Source of the DNA: a virus
Taxonomy: Duplodnaviria > Caudoviricetes
Strand: one strand, 5' to 3'
Virus record (IMG/VR): IMGVR_UViG_3300036770_006786
Span: 1-60,367 of that record
Length of the DNA stretch: 60,367 bases
Position 1 is the stretch's first letter. The number at the start of each line of letters is the position of its first letter. Below the pieces are notes generated by a model. It was given only the letters and a program-made list of their open reading frames with translations. It ran no database searches and was not told the origin of the DNA. This document shows positions 57,554-60,367 of the stretch, piece by piece. The translations under genes and the position numbers were made by a program.

Positions 57554-57999
57554 TGGACAAACTCAGTATACAAAATGAAATGTCAGAGTTCGATCGTAAG
57601 AACCGATCGTTCTATGACGAACTCACAGATGAAGAACGCAAGAAGTTCTCTAACTATCTCATGATACGTTGGGGATCCAGTGTGCAAGGCAGCCAAGAGA
57701 TACAGGAATACTATGTGCAGAGCTGTAACCATTATCTCAATAAGAATTTCTTCGCGATCAATCGGCATCCCAAACTACAATGGCTCTGTGCCACGGCAGT
57801 GAGCCCTGGCATGGGCACACATAGACATCAGTGGATCGCTCCTAAGAAAAAAGAAGGCGGCAGCAACGAGATCAAGAAACAGCTCATGGAGATGTTTCCC
57901 AATATGAAGATGAGTGATATTGATGTATTGGCCGCTGTGACAGACAAGAAAGAGATCAAGGAGTACCTGCGTGAGCGAGGCCGCGACAGCAAAGACTGA
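57553..57999 (+). CDS. Hypothetical protein, weakly like clamp-loader small subunit gp62
   Basis: E.KKFS.YLMIRW.S, HPKLQW, HQWI..KK; weak resemblance only; GTG start overlapping TAG. Confidence 0.4.
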   Translation: MDKLSIQNEMSEFDRKNRSFYDELTDEERKKFSNYLMIRWGSSVQGSQEIQEYYVQSCNHYLNKNFFAINRHPKLQWLCATAVSPGMGTHRHQWIAPKKKEGGSNEIKKQLMEMFPNMKMSDIDVLAAVTDKKEIKEYLRERGRDSKD

Positions 58000-58669
58000 A
58001 TATCGCTGTCAGTATTGCGACAAAGCGTTCCAGCGAGAGACCAGTCTCGCTGTGCATGTATGCGAACAAAAGAAACGCTATCAGAGCCAGGATGAGGCAG
58101 GTGTGAGATTGGGCATGCAGGCGTATCTGCGTTTCTTTGAAATGACGCAGGGCAGTGCCCGACTCAAGACCTTTGATGACTTTGCCAAGAGTCCTTACTA
58201 CAAAGCCTTTGTGAAGTTTGGTAGACATTGTGTGGCCATCAATGCTGTGAATACACCACGCTTCATTGATTGGGTAGTAGAAAAGAACAAAAAGATCGAC
58301 CATTGGTGCAAAGATAGCATCTATACAGAGTATCTCCAAGAATATCTTCGCCGAGAGAATGTGAATGATGCCCTGGCTCGTGCCATAGAACAGAGCATAC
58401 GTTGGGAAGAACAGCATGGGAATCCTGCACATGACTTCTTGCGATATGGCAACTCCAACGTGATATCCTATGCCATAACCACAGGTCGCATCAGTGCCTG
58501 GGTGCTGTATAATTGTGAAAGCGGTCAGAAGTTTTTAGACGATCTCAACCAAGAACAGATCGCTATAGTATGGCCCTGGATCGATCCAGAGTTTTGGCAG
58601 AAGAAGTTCCGCGACTATCCGGCGGATCAAGAGTATGCCCGAGAGATGTTAGCAAAGGCAGGCTGGTGA
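57971..58669 (+). CDS. Zinc-finger-containing hypothetical protein
   Basis: YRCQYCDKAFQRETSLAVHVC (C2HC finger) at the N-terminus. Confidence 0.65.
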   Translation: MSEAATAKTEYRCQYCDKAFQRETSLAVHVCEQKKRYQSQDEAGVRLGMQAYLRFFEMTQGSARLKTFDDFAKSPYYKAFVKFGRHCVAINAVNTPRFIDWVVEKNKKIDHWCKDSIYTEYLQEYLRRENVNDALARAIEQSIRWEEQHGNPAHDFLRYGNSNVISYAITTGRISAWVLYNCESGQKFLDDLNQEQIAIVWPWIDPEFWQKKFRDYPADQEYAREMLAKAGW

Positions 58670-59250
58670 TGAGCGCAGATATTGACATTGATTTTGCCGA
58701 CAGAGAAAAGATCATATCGTTGATCTCGGTCACACCAGCACGCCAAGAAAACAACGGGCAAGTCAGGAAACATAATTCCGGAGTGTACCCTACGGATATT
58801 CCCTGGGATCCAGTGAATGCCTGTGCCAGCATAGAATATCAAACAGCCGAACAGTTGGGGTATTTCAAAATCGACTTGCTGAACATGTCAGTATATCAAC
58901 TCATCCGAGATCCTGCGCATTATGAAGCAATGTTGGCCAAAGATCCACCTTGGACGAGATTGATGGAGCGAGAGTTCTGCGAACGGATCGTGCATATTGG
59001 TAATCATTATGATCTAGTATGCGAGCTCAGGCCCGATACTATACCCAGGATGGCCATGTTCTTGGCAGTGATACGTCCAGCCAAACGACATCTAGCTTCG
59101 GGAGGCTGGCCCGCGATCTCAAAAGACATCTGGACACGTCCTGAGGACGACAGTTATTTCTTCAAGAAAAGCCATGCTGTGGGATACGCCCAACTAGTGG
59201 CTTTGCACATGAATCTGATTGATGAACAAGATAAAACAGATCTACGGTAA
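58669..59250 (+). CDS. dnaE: Miniature DNA polymerase III alpha (DnaE)-like protein
   Basis: 193 aa; DIDIDF, KHNSGV, GYFKIDLL, LAVIRP and FKKSHAVGYA in DnaE order; TGATG coupling. Confidence 0.7.
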   Translation: MSADIDIDFADREKIISLISVTPARQENNGQVRKHNSGVYPTDIPWDPVNACASIEYQTAEQLGYFKIDLLNMSVYQLIRDPAHYEAMLAKDPPWTRLMEREFCERIVHIGNHYDLVCELRPDTIPRMAMFLAVIRPAKRHLASGGWPAISKDIWTRPEDDSYFFKKSHAVGYAQLVALHMNLIDEQDKTDLR

Positions 59251-59944
59251 TGGTTGCTCTTTCATAAGAGACAAGTTGCCCTTGGATCCCGATTATCGTC
59301 CTGGGTACTTAGAAATGATCGCCGACGAATTAGGTGTGCCTTCTGAAAATGCTGGACTGCCGGGCAGTTGTAATCGTCGTATCATCCGATCAACACTGAG
59401 AGACAGTCTCAATCACGACGGTTCCACCCTATTCATCATACAGCTCACTCATTTACACAGAACTGAACGTGCCAGCGAGCGCAACGGTATCAATGATTGG
59501 AAGTTTGATAGAGAAGACTATTTTGAAAGCGTGAAGCCTCATAATGAATCTGTAGAACCTCACAACTCTGCTTATGTCAAACATCATCTACGATATTTCG
59601 ATGAGCGTGCTGCCATGACAGATCTCACCGCAGACGTTCTCATGTTGGCTGCTTGGCTCCGAGATCGAGAGATTCCTTACTATATTTTTTCTTATCTGCC
59701 TCTGATCTCTGAGAAAACTGCGCAAGAATTGCAAGATCATTATCTAGATATCCAGGCCCGCCACGATCCTTGTGTTATGCCACTGTTAGATCAGAGTCTG
59801 GCTTACAAACTCGGGCCTGGAGATTGGTATTATGATGCCAATGGCAATAATTTTGATATCGGTCATTTCAACGCTGTAGGGCATATCAGAGCCAAAGAGC
59901 TATTGCTCAGTGAGCTCAATCGACACGTCTTACCAAAGTTATAG
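59222..59944 (+). CDS. SGNH/GDSL-like hydrolase-fold protein
   Basis: NGCSF block I, NAGLPGSCN block II, GHFN..GH block V. Confidence 0.55.
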   Translation: MNKIKQIYGNGCSFIRDKLPLDPDYRPGYLEMIADELGVPSENAGLPGSCNRRIIRSTLRDSLNHDGSTLFIIQLTHLHRTERASERNGINDWKFDREDYFESVKPHNESVEPHNSAYVKHHLRYFDERAAMTDLTADVLMLAAWLRDREIPYYIFSYLPLISEKTAQELQDHYLDIQARHDPCVMPLLDQSLAYKLGPGDWYYDANGNNFDIGHFNAVGHIRAKELLLSELNRHVLPKL

Positions 59945-60293
59945 ACTTACGTTTGCTTTTTTTACGGGCTAGATCTGCAAGGCTGGTACATGGTCCGTGC
60001 AGGATCTCTAGATCCTTGTTGACGAAGGTGCGTAGATAAGGACGGAATGGATCCCAGTCTTGCTTGAGGAATATGTTGATGGGTATGCTACGATTACTTT
60101 CCCACCACCATACATTGGCTAGTTCTAAGAACATGCGCTTGAGATCTGCATCTTGTATATTGCCAAAATCGTAGATAGTAGTCACCGCATCGTCGCGATT
60201 TTGTACCACACCGATGTATTCGTTCCCGGCGTAGGTACAGAAAGTTATAAAAGGATAGCGTTCTGCTATTTTCGCGAAGATTTCAGAGCCCAT
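59916..60293 (-). CDS. Hypothetical protein
   Basis: YPFIT..Y...EYIGVVQN.D, WWWESNR.IPINIFL, KRKSITLV; exact start uncertain (60293 or 60302). Confidence 0.7.
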   Translation of the reverse strand: MGSEIFAKIAERYPFITFCTYAGNEYIGVVQNRDDAVTTIYDFGNIQDADLKRMFLELANVWWWESNRSIPINIFLKQDWDPFRPYLRTFVNKDLEILHGPCTSLADLARKKSKRKSITLVRRVD

Positions 60294-60317
60294 AAATATC
60301 ATTGGGAAATTATTCGA

Positions 60318-60367
60318 ATGTATTCAACCACAGCCTATTTATATCAGCAAAAGCAACAGGTCATTTT
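60318..60367 (+). CDS. Start of a late gene, truncated by the window end
   Basis: TAAATA at 60293-60298, then ATG MYSTTAYLYQQKQQVI open to the end. Confidence 0.5.
   Translation, partial: MYSTTAYLYQQKQQVI

Noticed and set aside
45400-58669. Long N-terminal extensions in the ORF track (45400, 46287, 48636, 50255, 51858, 55479, 58570)
   Set aside because: They overlap upstream genes or promoters; downstream starts with stop/start coupling or promoter spacing fit better
1-60367. Alternative genetic code (stop-codon reassignment)
   Set aside because: Core genes are full length in the standard code and TAA, TAG and TGA all end genes
1-60367. tRNA or rRNA genes
   Set aside because: Intergenic gaps are short and no cloverleaf with a T-loop consensus was recognised; a tRNAscan run would be needed to be certain

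Overview
A 60 kb segment of a large, lytic, distantly T4-like (myovirus) phage genome. In order it carries: a tail-fibre cluster (1-10.6 kb); neck, tail-completion, sheath, tube and head-completion genes, rearranged relative to T4 (10.6-24 kb); a block of putative capsid-targeted internal/core proteins interleaved with enzymes (24-33 kb); the large terminase; replication and recombination genes (gp32, uvsX, uvsY, uvsW, an AAA+ ATPase); an ~11 kb glycan synthesis and transfer cluster (42-53.6 kb); and a 193-aa minimal DNA polymerase III alpha-like protein. The main things worth following up are: (1) three paralogous small proteins (MRAxEFxTE...TSPVKxFxGYPR) alternating with an Ntn hydrolase and a class I glutamine amidotransferase; (2) the miniature DnaE; (3) a possible virion-glycosylation system; (4) repeated leaderless-mRNA architecture at both sigma70-type and TAA(A/G)TA late promoters; (5) RBS-targeting RNA structures, namely a hairpin over the gp13 SD and an anti-SD loop downstream of the ATPase; (6) near absence of the tetramer TTAA. 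I saw no tRNA, rRNA, CRISPR array, integrase or reverse transcriptase. All protein calls come from motif recognition by eye; no database searches were run.
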